In this document: piece after piece, positions 29,546-39,913 of the stretch | How the letters are laid out: each line of letters begins with the position of its first letter | Position numbering within the stretch: position 1 is the stretch's first letter | Assembly: GCA_040389865.1 (NCBI GenBank) | Contig: JAZJZM010000009.1 | Coordinates: forward strand, 5,616 to 69,615 | Source: Bacteroidota bacterium | Lineage (GTDB): Bacteria; Bacteroidota; Bacteroidia; 2-12-FULL-35-15 | Reading direction: 5' to 3' | Length of the DNA stretch: 64,000 nt | The notes under the pieces: model-generated | Told to the model about the DNA's origin: nothing | The model's database searches: none | What the model saw: the letters and a program-made list of their open reading frames with translations, nothing else | Position numbers and translations under genes: made by a program

Positions 29546-30655
29546 TTATGATAAAGCATTATCCCAATCCTTCCAAACAACTTCGTACCCGCTACTTGTA
29601 ATTAATGCAGCGATCTCTTCTGCACTTCTTTCATCGGATATTTCAAACTGCTCCAATGATCCTGTATCTACAGAATATCCACCGGGATTGGTTTTTGAAC
29701 CGGCACTCATACTTGTAACACCCAAAGGAATAATATTATTTCTAAATTTTTCCGACTCTCTGGTTGAAATAGAAAGTTCAACCTCTTCATTCAATAAACG
29801 ATATGCACAAATTAGTTGTAACAATTCTTTATCAGTTACAATAACATTGGGCTCAATGATCCCTTCAGCGGGGCGCATACGAGGGAAAGAGATTGAATAT
29901 TTCGTTTGCCAATATCTTTTTTGCAAATAATCTAAATGCAATGCACAATAAAATGAATCTACACGCCAATCTTCCAAACCTAATAATATTCCTAACCCAA
30001 TTTTATGGATCCCTGCTTCTCCAATTCTATCAGGTGTTTCCAGACGATAATCAAAATTTGATTTTTTCCCTTTAGGATGGTACGTTTTATAAACATCCTT
30101 ATGGTATGTTTCCTGGTAAACTAAAACAGAATAAACTCCTGCTTCATGCAATTGCTTGTATTCATCAGTTTCCAATGGCTGAACTTCAATGGAAATATTG
30201 GCAAATTGTGATTTAATTATTTCAATCGCTTTAAGAAAAAAATCTACGTGTACAATTTGATTGGCCTCACCTGTTACTAATAAAATATGGTTAAAGCCAT
30301 GTTTTTTTATTTCTTCAACTTCCTGAATAATTTCTTTTTCGGAAAGTGTTTTACGTTTTACTTTATTATCAAAACTAAAACCGCAATAGGTACAAATATT
30401 GTTACACTCATTACTCAGATACATTGGGGCATACATTTGTATCGTTTTGCCGAAACGCTTTTTAGTTAATTGGTTGCTTAACTGTGCCATTTGTTCCAAA
30501 TAAGGAACAGCGGCAGGTGAAATCAGCGCTTTAAAATCTTCAAGTGTCCTTCGGTCAGATGCAAGAGCTTTTTCTACATCCTGCGAAGTTTTATCGTAGA
30601 TCGTTTTTTTTACTTCTTCCCAATTTTGTGAATTATATAACTCTTTAAAACTCAT
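29546..30655 (-). CDS. thiH: 2-iminoacetate synthase (radical SAM tyrosine lyase)
   Basis: YLSNECNNICTYCGF (CxxxCxxC) and SAGSKTNPGGY; lies in the thi operon. Confidence 0.95.
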   Translation of the reverse strand: MSFKELYNSQNWEEVKKTIYDKTSQDVEKALASDRRTLEDFKALISPAAVPYLEQMAQLSNQLTKKRFGKTIQMYAPMYLSNECNNICTYCGFSFDNKVKRKTLSEKEIIQEVEEIKKHGFNHILLVTGEANQIVHVDFFLKAIEIIKSQFANISIEVQPLETDEYKQLHEAGVYSVLVYQETYHKDVYKTYHPKGKKSNFDYRLETPDRIGEAGIHKIGLGILLGLEDWRVDSFYCALHLDYLQKRYWQTKYSISFPRMRPAEGIIEPNVIVTDKELLQLICAYRLLNEEVELSISTRESEKFRNNIIPLGVTSMSAGSKTNPGGYSVDTGSLEQFEISDERSAEEIAALITSSGYEVVWKDWDNALS

Positions 30656-30710
30656 TTTTTGAAAATTAGTAATTATTCAATTTTTATTAAAAAAATTTAA
30701 TAGTTGCATA

Positions 30711-30816
30711 CCCTGACAGGGTTTCGAACCCTGTTAGGTTTTTGTCTCCTGCTTGTTAATATAATTTGTATAGTTCATGTTAACCTCTAACAGGGGTTTG
30801 AAACCCTGTCAGAGGG
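30711..30816. repeat. Inverted doublet of CCTGACAGGGTTT..AACCCTGT-type REPs
   Basis: ccctgacagggtttcgaaccctgttagg (30711-30738) and cctctaacaggggtttgaaaccctgtcagaggg (30784-30816). Confidence 0.75.
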
Positions 30817-30851
30817 ATACGTTAAAACCACGATTAAAATTTCAACAATCG

Positions 30852-31619
30852 TTAATCCAAAAATGCAGTAAGCGGGCTGCTTGCTTCCGCCCTGTTTCTG
30901 ATTGTTCCTAATTTTGCTTCATACGCCAACCTACCTGCTTCTACCGCCATTTTAAAAGCTCTCGCCATTTCAACAGGGTTTCCAGCAACTGCAATTGCGG
31001 TATTTACCAATACTGCATCAGCACCCAATTCCATTGCTTTTGCAGCATCAGATGGGGCACCAATTCCTGCATCGATAATAACCGGAACTCTGCTTTGCTC
31101 AATAATAATCTCTAAAAAATCAATTGTTTTTAATCCTTTGTTACTTCCTATAGGGGAACCAAGTGGCATTACAGCGGCTGTTCCTACATCTTCTAATCGT
31201 TTGCACAATACAGGATCGGCATGAATATAGGGCAATACAATAAAACCAAGTTTGGCAAGTTCTTCAGTTGCTTTTAATGTTTCTATTGCATCGGGCATTA
31301 AATATCTAGGGTCGGGATGAATTTCTAATTTCAACCAATTAGTTTCTAAAGCTTCACGTGATAATTGCGCTGCAAATACAGCTTCTTTAGCATTACGCGC
31401 ACCGGAAGTATTAGGTAACAAATTTATGTGCGTATGTTGCAGATGCGTTAACAAAAGGTCTGTATCGGTTTCAAAATCCACACGTTTCAAAGCAACAGTT
31501 ACCAATTCTGAACATGAAGCAAGAACTGCTTCTTCCATTAGTTTTGCAGATCCGAATTTCCCGGTCCCTAAAAAAAGACGTGATTGAAATTCTTTATTAG
31601 CAATTATTAATTTTTTCAT
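30852..31619 (-). CDS. thiG: Thiazole synthase
   Basis: [36 protein letters not shown]; start set at MKKLII. Confidence 0.97.
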   Translation of the reverse strand: MKKLIIANKEFQSRLFLGTGKFGSAKLMEEAVLASCSELVTVALKRVDFETDTDLLLTHLQHTHINLLPNTSGARNAKEAVFAAQLSREALETNWLKLEIHPDPRYLMPDAIETLKATEELAKLGFIVLPYIHADPVLCKRLEDVGTAAVMPLGSPIGSNKGLKTIDFLEIIIEQSRVPVIIDAGIGAPSDAAKAMELGADAVLVNTAIAVAGNPVEMARAFKMAVEAGRLAYEAKLGTIRNRAEASSPLTAFLD

Positions 31620-32238
31620 GTAGCAACAAATTAAAGTTTTGTAATAATTTTTTTTTATTTGAATGGCTTGTGATCGTTCCCGAAACAGCAATTCCGTAAA
31701 CTCCGGTATTTAAAATTGGTGCAACATCATCAATTGATATTCCGCCAATAGCATAGATAGGAATGTGAGCTTTATTTTTTAAAACCTCATTCATTATATT
31801 TTTATACCCATCCAAACCAAGCACAGGGCTTAAATTCGTTTTTGTGGAAGTAAATCGAAAAGGGCCTAAACCAATGTAATCACACCTTTCATCAATACGA
31901 GTTAATACATCGCTTAATGTATTAGCAGTGCCTCCAATTATTTTATTGACACCTAAAATAGCTCGTGCTTGTATCACGGACATATCCTGTAATCCTAGAT
32001 GAACACCATCAGCGTCAATTTTTTTAGCTAATTCAACGTTGTCATTTATGATAAAAGTCGCGTTGAATTTTTCGCAACTATTTTTTACTTGTTGAGCAAC
32101 AGAAGAAAATTCTTTTTCACCCGCATTTTTAAATCGCAATTGAATCCACTCGCATCCGGCATCCAGCGTGCTTTGAATATTTTCCAATTGCTCTTTAGCT
32201 GTAAAACCCTGCGATATGTATTGTAATTTACTATACAT
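31597..32238 (-). CDS. thiE: Thiamine-phosphate synthase
   Basis: [37 protein letters not shown]. Confidence 0.92.
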   Translation of the reverse strand: MYSKLQYISQGFTAKEQLENIQSTLDAGCEWIQLRFKNAGEKEFSSVAQQVKNSCEKFNATFIINDNVELAKKIDADGVHLGLQDMSVIQARAILGVNKIIGGTANTLSDVLTRIDERCDYIGLGPFRFTSTKTNLSPVLGLDGYKNIMNEVLKNKAHIPIYAIGGISIDDVAPILNTGVYGIAVSGTITSHSNKKKLLQNFNLLLHEKINNC

Positions 32239-32983
32239 GATGAATACCTAATAATGACGGACTGCTTGATAAAAATTGTTCCACATACTTTTTTGCATTT
32301 TTGCAAGAAGTGATCAAATCGTTTCCTAAGGCAAGATTAGCAGCAATTGCAGATGATAATACACAACCGGAACCATGTTTTGGAAATATGTTTTGTTCCG
32401 TTGGAACTATTTTTTCAATTTTATTTTTCATGAATAAATAATCAACTCCCGGTTCTTCTTTGTTGTGACCACCTTTCAGCAGCACATTACAATACTTAGA
32501 TAATTCTTCTGCCGCATCCATTGGATTGTCAATACCTGTCAGGAATTTTATTTCATCGGTATTGGGTGTGATCAGGAAACAATTATTCAGAACAGAAAAT
32601 AATTTTTCTTTTTCAAAATTTTTATGAAACTCAAAACCCGCACTTGCTTTTATAATTGGATCCCATACGAATTGGACCTTGGATGTTGGATATTGGCAAT
32701 TGGAGATTACGTTTTCCAATGTTACCAAGTCCTTGATCAATCCGATTTTGATAACCCTAAAATCAAATTTTCTTTTTAAGACTAAAACTTGTTTTAATAT
32801 CTCCTCTGTTTCAATCCATGTTAAACTATCAAATTCTGTATCGTTCTGGAAAGTGAGTGCGCTTATAGCACCCATTCCACATACCTTATTAGCTTCAAAT
32901 GTTTTTATGTCGGCAAGAATACCGGCTCCTCCACTTGGATCAAATCCGGCAATGCTCAATACATAAGTTCTTTCTTCAGCCAT
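32231..32983 (-). CDS. thiD: Hydroxymethylpyrimidine/phosphomethylpyrimidine kinase
   Basis: LSIAGFDPSGGAGILADIK, LITPN, LLKGGH, HGSGCVLSSA. Confidence 0.93.
   Translation of the reverse strand: MAEERTYVLSIAGFDPSGGAGILADIKTFEANKVCGMGAISALTFQNDTEFDSLTWIETEEILKQVLVLKRKFDFRVIKIGLIKDLVTLENVISNCQYPTSKVQFVWDPIIKASAGFEFHKNFEKEKLFSVLNNCFLITPNTDEIKFLTGIDNPMDAAEELSKYCNVLLKGGHNKEEPGVDYLFMKNKIEKIVPTEQNIFPKHGSGCVLSSAIAANLALGNDLITSCKNAKKYVEQFLSSSPSLLGIHHV
32669..32703 (-). repeat. In-frame CCAAnnn heptamer tandem x5 inside the thiD CDS
   Basis: Coding strand ccaattg ccaatat ccaacat ccaaggt ccaattc, translating as SNCQYPTSKVQF. Confidence 0.75.
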
Positions 32984-33564
32984 TGTTCTTTTATTCTTTT
33001 AAATTTTTCTACGGAGTTTTCACTTTGCCAAATTGCTCCAAGCAATGCTATTCCAGAAAAACCTAATTCTTTTACTTTCTCAATTTTATCTTCATCGATT
33101 CCTCCAAGTGCAATAACGAGGCCATTTCCGGTTCCTTGGTTCAAGATTTTTCTATTCATCAAATACGTTTTCAATTCAGAAAAATCAAATTTGCTTTTAT
33201 ATCCTTCTTTGGAAATACTGTCAAACACAGGACTTAAAAAACCGTAATCAAACTTCTTATCGAACTTTTCAACTTCATCCAGAGAGTGAAAGGAAACACT
33301 CAATGTTCCGTTTGAACCCTCATTCTTAAAATCAACAGGAACATGAATTCCTTTTAAATCATATTCTTTTACAAGAGAATAATGAGAGTGAAGAACAATT
33401 TTACTGAAATATTTTTCAGAAATTCGTTCAATAAATGTTCTCATTTCATTTTCAGAAAATTCTTTTTTCCTGATATGAAAAACTTCTAATCCCTCATCAA
33501 ACAATTGTTGGATGATTCTTTGTTCATCAGCAATAACAGTTGGATTAGAAATAACAATTACCAT
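32956..33564 (-). CDS. ThiE/TenI-family paralog (thiamine-phosphate synthase-like)
   Basis: FHIRK, IVLHSH, SVSFHS, FLSPVFDSISKEGY, ALGGI; second TMP-TENI fold gene in the operon. Confidence 0.8.
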   Translation of the reverse strand: MVIVISNPTVIADEQRIIQQLFDEGLEVFHIRKKEFSENEMRTFIERISEKYFSKIVLHSHYSLVKEYDLKGIHVPVDFKNEGSNGTLSVSFHSLDEVEKFDKKFDYGFLSPVFDSISKEGYKSKFDFSELKTYLMNRKILNQGTGNGLVIALGGIDEDKIEKVKELGFSGIALLGAIWQSENSVEKFKRIKEQWLKKELMY

Positions 33565-33643
33565 TTTAAATATTACGTTTAGATTGACATTTTTTTATCA
33601 TTTTTAAAGTAGACCAGACAGGTTTTGAACTGTAATCCCGCCT

Positions 33644-33707
33644 CTTTCTACCTCACCCCTTAATCCCCTCTCCAATTGGAGAGGGGATTAAGGGGTGAGG
33701 TAGAAAG
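33644..33707. repeat. Perfect 64-bp palindrome with no loop (head-to-head REP doublet)
   Basis: Checked base by base: 33644-33675 is the exact reverse complement of 33676-33707. Confidence 0.9.
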
Positions 33708-33732
33708 GGAAACGCCCAAATTAAGACCCAAA

Positions 33733-35625
<1,893 letters not shown>

Positions 35626-35649
35626 TTAGAATATTTTTTTAACTATTTG

Positions 35650-35703
35650 TTATCCGCCTTGAGTAGCTTTAATGATTAACAATCATCGTTTTTTTTTAAA
35701 TTG
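35650..35703 (-). pseudogene. thiS: Degenerate duplicate of the thiS 3' end
   Basis: Reads ...LLIIKATQGG*; 25 of the last 27 nt match thiS 36604-36630 and both differences are synonymous; a 1-nt deletion lies further upstream. Confidence 0.8.
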
Positions 35704-35717
35704 AACCTTCGTTATAA

Positions 35718-36572
35718 TTAATGTTTAGAGTTTTTTCCTATGTTTAGTTTCCTTTTTTCCTTTTCAGGAATTTGTTTGAAATTTTCATTAGAAACAACTT
35801 TTTTTCCTGATTTCCTCTCTAGGTCTTGCCTGGCTTTTCCAGCAACTTTTCCTCCTGCTATTGCAGCTTTCCTGTTAGCAACGAAGCCTTGTACATTTTT
35901 ATTTTTTGCAATTTCTGTTGTTGATGCTTCACCAAGCATTGTGAAAATTAACTCCAAGTCCGTCATGTGATCACGAAGATTTTCTTTTGGTTGTGTAAGA
36001 CCTTTCAATTTTTTATAATCACTTGGCACAATTCCAAATGTGGCTTTACTTATTTCCGCTGTAAGGATCGAATATTCCATTCCTTCTTTTACACCTCGTT
36101 TTTTCCATTCGCTTGTAAGTTCATCTCTTACAGCTATTCCTCTGACCCGTTTTTCAATCCACTCATCGCTATATCCTTTTGCTTTGTATAGTTCTCTTGT
36201 TCGTTGTGCAGCTAATTCCGGATTTTCAATTTCATCTAATCTGTCGGAGCCAACTTGTGCTAACCAAAGTTTAAAAGGTTCTGCTTTGGGTGATGATATT
36301 GATTGAATAATTCTTAAAAGTCCTTTTGTATCGGCTGCTTGTACCTTTCGCCTTTTACCATCTGCCGCTTCCATTTCAACTAGGGTACAAATTGTACCCC
36401 AGTTGCTTTTAAGCAACTCATCTCGACTCAACATTCTTTTTATATATTGCTTAACGTCCGCACTGTCTGTAAGCCCCAGAACAATGTCTTGAACGGAAAA
36501 GTACCATTTCTGCTCTTTCTCATTCCATATAGAACGTATTTGTTTACTTTCGAATAATTTAATGTTGCTCAT
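35718..36572 (-). CDS. Bro-N domain (phage antirepressor-like) protein
   Basis: IRSIWNEKEQKWYFSVQDIV, LRIIQSI.SPKAEPFKLWLA, GYSDEWI, NLRDHMTDLELIFTMLGE motifs. Confidence 0.85.
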   Translation of the reverse strand: MSNIKLFESKQIRSIWNEKEQKWYFSVQDIVLGLTDSADVKQYIKRMLSRDELLKSNWGTICTLVEMEAADGKRRKVQAADTKGLLRIIQSISSPKAEPFKLWLAQVGSDRLDEIENPELAAQRTRELYKAKGYSDEWIEKRVRGIAVRDELTSEWKKRGVKEGMEYSILTAEISKATFGIVPSDYKKLKGLTQPKENLRDHMTDLELIFTMLGEASTTEIAKNKNVQGFVANRKAAIAGGKVAGKARQDLERKSGKKVVSNENFKQIPEKEKRKLNIGKNSKH

Positions 36573-36603
36573 ACCACAAATTTTACAATAAATTTATCTC
36601 ATC

Positions 36604-36807
36604 TTATCCACCTTGTGTAGCTTTAATGATGAGCACTTCATCATTTTGTTTTAAAATTTGAATTTGCCAATTGATTTTCGGAATTACGGAATTATTCAAG
36701 GCAACGGCAATGCCCTTTTGTTTTTCAGGAATAACCTCGTCAAGCAATTGCTGAACGCTACATTGTTCCGGAAAAACTTTAATTATATTGTTGAGTTTAA
36801 TTTCCAT
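36604..36807 (-). CDS. thiS: Sulfur carrier protein ThiS
   Basis: 67 aa; GIAVALNNSVIPK; C-terminal ATQGG; directly after the TPP riboswitch. Confidence 0.95.
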   Translation of the reverse strand: MEIKLNNIIKVFPEQCSVQQLLDEVIPEKQKGIAVALNNSVIPKINWQIQILKQNDEVLIIKATQGG

Positions 36808-36856
36808 TCCTATACTATTTTGAAACTTCAGGAATGCTCTATGGAGAGAGTATCTT

Positions 36857-36930
36857 CTTTTTCCTACGGCAGCATTAACTGCATCAGGTATGAGGGTATT
36901 ATCTCAGCCGGTATTGTGGCACCCCTAAAG
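36857..36930 (-). ncRNA. TPP riboswitch
   Basis: Minus strand AGGGGTGC...GGCTGAGATAATACCCTCATACCTGATGCAGTTAATGCTGCCGTAGGAA matches the THI-box core; lies upstream of thiS. Confidence 0.95.
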
Positions 36931-36936
36931 TTTTTA

Positions 36937-36944
36937 CAAATTTA
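36937..36944 (-). promoter_or_regulatory. Bacteroidota -7 element for the thi leader
   Basis: TAAATTTG on the minus strand, immediately upstream of the riboswitch. Confidence 0.6.
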
Positions 36945-37068
36945 AACTATTTTTGGCAATTAACCTATAACATGGTAGGATGCCTGTTAAATATAGCGGA
37001 TCGAGATGTACCGCCTAACAAATTATTGTTTTATTTTGACACCTTACACTCAACTGGGCAGGTTTTCC

Positions 37069-37245
37069 CTATTCAGATTTTTCTAATTCTATCAGGTTAG
37101 TATTACACGATTGGGAACCAAAACTGTTATAGTCACCACTACAACAAGTTGCAATTCCATTTTTTATATCCAGAATTATCAGAATGCCAACAGCCTTGTC
37201 TTTGGATTTGTCCTTGAAACGAACTCTATCTCCTTTTTTAAACAT
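37069..37245 (-). CDS. Small hypothetical protein (58 aa; not in the ORF track)
   Basis: Hand translation: MFKKGDRVRFKDKSKDKAVGILIILDIKNGIATCCSGDYNSFGSQSCNTNLIELEKSE*; ATG is 10 nt after the upstream stop. Confidence 0.55.
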   Translation of the reverse strand: MFKKGDRVRFKDKSKDKAVGILIILDIKNGIATCCSGDYNSFGSQSCNTNLIELEKSE

Positions 37246-37254
37246 AGTATATTT

Positions 37255-37728
37255 TTATTCTGCTATTTTATTAAATATGTATTTCTTATTTTCTTCTTTG
37301 CTCACTAATTCAACAAAGTCAAATGAGTCACTAAACTTTCTAATAGTTAATTGCTTGTTTTTTAGTGTTAAAATAGAATCGTTTTCTATGCGATATTCAA
37401 ACTCTTCTGTTTGATTCTTTTCGTTCATTAATGCGCCAAGCCAACCAAAGTCGGCTCGCCAAACACCTTTACCATTGCCATAAAAATTTATTTCTGCACT
37501 AATAGATACTGAAGCTAAGCCAACAATACCATTCGCAATTTTTTCGGATGTCTTTTCAGATTTAGGTTTCGTTACTTCTGCAACTATTTCAGAAATATCA
37601 AGTTTATATTTCCCTTTTAATTTGTCGCTGTCGAATGTTGTGCCATTTTCATTTTGCAGTCCAGTTCTACTATTACAAGCTAAAAGCAAAAGCATTGATA
37701 GGTAAAAGATTGATTTATTCATAGTCAT
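37255..37728 (-). CDS. Hypothetical lipoprotein
   Basis: Lipobox LLLLAC after a short n-region; no family recognised. Confidence 0.7.
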   Translation of the reverse strand: MTMNKSIFYLSMLLLLACNSRTGLQNENGTTFDSDKLKGKYKLDISEIVAEVTKPKSEKTSEKIANGIVGLASVSISAEINFYGNGKGVWRADFGWLGALMNEKNQTEEFEYRIENDSILTLKNKQLTIRKFSDSFDFVELVSKEENKKYIFNKIAE

Positions 37729-37737
37729 TTCATTTAA

Positions 37738-37768
37738 AAATAAGGGTTGCTGGGTGCAACCCTTATTT
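37738..37768. terminator. 13-bp perfect hairpin between the PH-domain and lipoprotein genes
   Basis: AAATAAGGGTTGC-tgggt-GCAACCCTTATTT with T runs on both strands. Confidence 0.55.
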
Positions 37769-37779
37769 AGTTTTAAATT

Positions 37780-38181
37780 TTAATTGCTCAGTTCTTGGAA
37801 TTTCTTTCTGAACTCTAAAGGATTCACGATTTTTGGGAATACTTCTTTTGTTCCGCCTGAACCTGTAATTTTTAAGGTACCATAGCCAAGAATACGACCT
37901 AAAAGTCCTTGGTCAACATTTACGCTCTCAATTTTGCTTAAATTCATTTCAAGTGTCTTACTACTAAGAAAACCTGTCTTTACAATTAATCTTTTATTTG
38001 TAATAGCAAATTCAGAAGTTTTCATTGCAATTAAAGGTGCTATAAAAAGTGTCAGTACTGAACCTACATTGCAAAAAGTAATCCAGTGTAAAGTTGATTC
38101 ATGTTCAACTCTTTCGTCTTTAATTAAATTTTGGTTTACGTAATTTCCCATTGATATAAGTTTAAAAAAATTCCTACTCAT
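37780..38181 (-). CDS. Bacterial PH domain (bPH_2) membrane protein
   Basis: EFAITNKRLIVKTG...LSKIESVNVDQGLLGRILGYGTL; alternative start at 38151. Confidence 0.85.
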   Translation of the reverse strand: MSRNFFKLISMGNYVNQNLIKDERVEHESTLHWITFCNVGSVLTLFIAPLIAMKTSEFAITNKRLIVKTGFLSSKTLEMNLSKIESVNVDQGLLGRILGYGTLKITGSGGTKEVFPKIVNPLEFRKKFQELSN

Positions 38182-38415
38182 ATGGCTTTTCGGAGTCGCC
38201 CCGTTTTTAGAGTGCTTTCTGGACTACACTTTTGTATTTTGATATTAAAATAATTTCAAACAAAAAAGTACTATTCAATTAATTATTACTTGGTTCTCTT
38301 ATGTTTGCTGCTTCCTTATACAATTTTCGGAAAGTGTAAATATATAAAATATCTACTTATAAATTCCTATTTATATATAGGTGTTTATAAGTTCTGTAAT
38401 TCTTCAATTTGTATT

Positions 38416-38655
38416 ATGACAAAAGAGGAAGAAAAACTACTTAGACAAATGGGTAAAAGAGTAAGAGAACTTAGAATAAATGCGGGGTTTAGTAGTCAAG
38501 AGGCTTTTGCTTATGAGGCTAATATCCCAAGAGCGCAATATGGAAGGTATGAGGCAGGAACAAACATTACTATTTTAAGCCTAAATAAGATTATTAAATT
38601 TCATAAAATATCATTAGAAGAGTTTTTTAGGCAGGGTTTTGAGAAGAGAAAATAA
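38416..38655 (+). CDS. XRE-family HTH transcriptional regulator
   Basis: MGKRVRELRINAGFSSQEAFAYEANIPRAQYGRYEAGTNIT..L; start set at MTKEEE. Confidence 0.88.
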   Translation: MTKEEEKLLRQMGKRVRELRINAGFSSQEAFAYEANIPRAQYGRYEAGTNITILSLNKIIKFHKISLEEFFRQGFEKRK

Positions 38656-38700
38656 GTTTCCCAATGAATAAGGCCATTATTTACGATTTGTAATATTAAA

Positions 38701-38739
38701 AAACAAATGCCCATCCCACAATAAACAGGATAGGCAATT
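38701..38739 (-). terminator. Intrinsic terminator after the YdeI-family gene (homologous to the metK terminator)
   Basis: aaacaaatgcccatcccacaataaacaggataggcaatt. Confidence 0.6.
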
Positions 38740-38756
38740 ACTTATCCTTCGTCATA

Positions 38757-39314
38757 CTACCTCAACCGCTTATGTGCCGCACTTTCAGCGATTACCTTAT
38801 CTAACCGCGTAAGCTGAGTTGTTTCTTGTTTAGCGGCTAGTATCCAATGAATAATGAGCTTTTGATAGGATGGAGCCTGTGTTATAAAAAAATCCCAAGC
38901 CTTTTTATTTGCTTTAAACTTTTTCTCAAAGTCAGATGGAAGTTTTTGTGCTTCCTTTTCGTAAGAATAAATTTTAGAATTATGTTCCTTTCTCAATTTA
39001 AAGCTTGCAAGTCCTTCCGGTTGCATTAATCCTTGCTTTGTAAGCTCTTCAATTTTTTTGATATTTATTGCACTCCAAATACTTGTGGCTTTTCTTGGGG
39101 TAAAGCGAATGGAATAGCTGTCTTTGTCAATTGATCTTCGAACACCGTCTATCCAGCCAAAACAAAGAGCCTCGTCAACGGATTCCGACCAGGTCATGCT
39201 TGGTTTACCACTATTCACTTTATAAAAACCAACTAATAATTCTTTTTCTTTTTTATGGTTTTTCTCTAACCATTTTCTAAAGTCGGATTGTTTTGCAAAA
39301 AATGTTGGTGCCAT
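38757..39314 (-). CDS. YdeI/OmpD-associated family protein
   Basis: TWSESVDEALCFGWIDG, RFTPRK.TSIWSAIN, KQETTQLTRL. Confidence 0.9.
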   Translation of the reverse strand: MAPTFFAKQSDFRKWLEKNHKKEKELLVGFYKVNSGKPSMTWSESVDEALCFGWIDGVRRSIDKDSYSIRFTPRKATSIWSAINIKKIEELTKQGLMQPEGLASFKLRKEHNSKIYSYEKEAQKLPSDFEKKFKANKKAWDFFITQAPSYQKLIIHWILAAKQETTQLTRLDKVIAESAAHKRLR

Positions 39315-39315
39315 T

Positions 39316-39765
39316 TTAATTTCCTTCTACCAGTTTTTTAATTTCAACCAAAATAGGATTCCAACCTTCTCCATTGTTTGATGCTCCCTTGTATCGCCTT
39401 TCTCCATCAGCCACTTTAGAGTAATCCCCTTGTGTAACGGTTAAACTGGTTTGTCCATTTTCGGATGAAAGAGAATAGGTTACTGTTAAATAATTCTCCA
39501 CTTTATCTTCTATTGTGGAGTGGGGATCAAAGGTTGTATAAACCAATTTTACTGATGGTTCAATGCTTATTATATGTCCTTTAACGAAGATCATTTCCTT
39601 TCCCTCGTAGGTGCCCTTCCAAAGTAGCACGCTTCCAACTTTCCAGTCAGAAATTGTTTCGCATCCATACATATAGAGCTTGGTCTTTTCAGGGTTTGTT
39701 AAGGCATCCCATACTTTAGAAGCAGGAGCGTTAATTGTAATTGTGTTTGTAATTGTCGGTTCCAT
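39316..39765 (-). CDS. SRPBCC (AHSA1-like) domain protein
   Basis: TITINAPASKVWDALTNPE...SDWKVGS; start set at MEPTIT. Confidence 0.88.
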   Translation of the reverse strand: MEPTITNTITINAPASKVWDALTNPEKTKLYMYGCETISDWKVGSVLLWKGTYEGKEMIFVKGHIISIEPSVKLVYTTFDPHSTIEDKVENYLTVTYSLSSENGQTSLTVTQGDYSKVADGERRYKGASNNGEGWNPILVEIKKLVEGN

Positions 39766-39851
39766 AAATGTTGTATAAAAGATCATTAAAAATTGAATTC
39801 CAAAATTTTCTTTTCAAATTTAAACTTTTTCTACTAGCCTAATTTAAAATT

Positions 39852-39893
39852 AAAACAAAAATGCCCATCCTGCAATAAGCAGGACAGGCATTT
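39852..39893 (-). terminator. Intrinsic terminator of metK
   Basis: Minus strand ATGCCTGTCCTGC-ttatt-GCAGGATGGGCAT followed by TTTTGTTTT. Confidence 0.7.
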
Positions 39894-39913
39894 CAATTTT
39901 TGAATTAAAAAAA

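Noticed and set aside
36960-37030. Integron attC-like cores (GCCTAAC/GTTAGGC, GTTAAAT) next to the small-gene block
   Set aside because: Cores are not arranged as RYYYAAC...GTTRRRY on the gene strand with a foldable stem, there is no repeat between the other genes, and there is no integrase.
35718-38655. Prophage (Bro-N plus XRE regulator)
   Set aside because: No integrase, replication, packaging or structural genes; the two genes are separated by thiS and its riboswitch.
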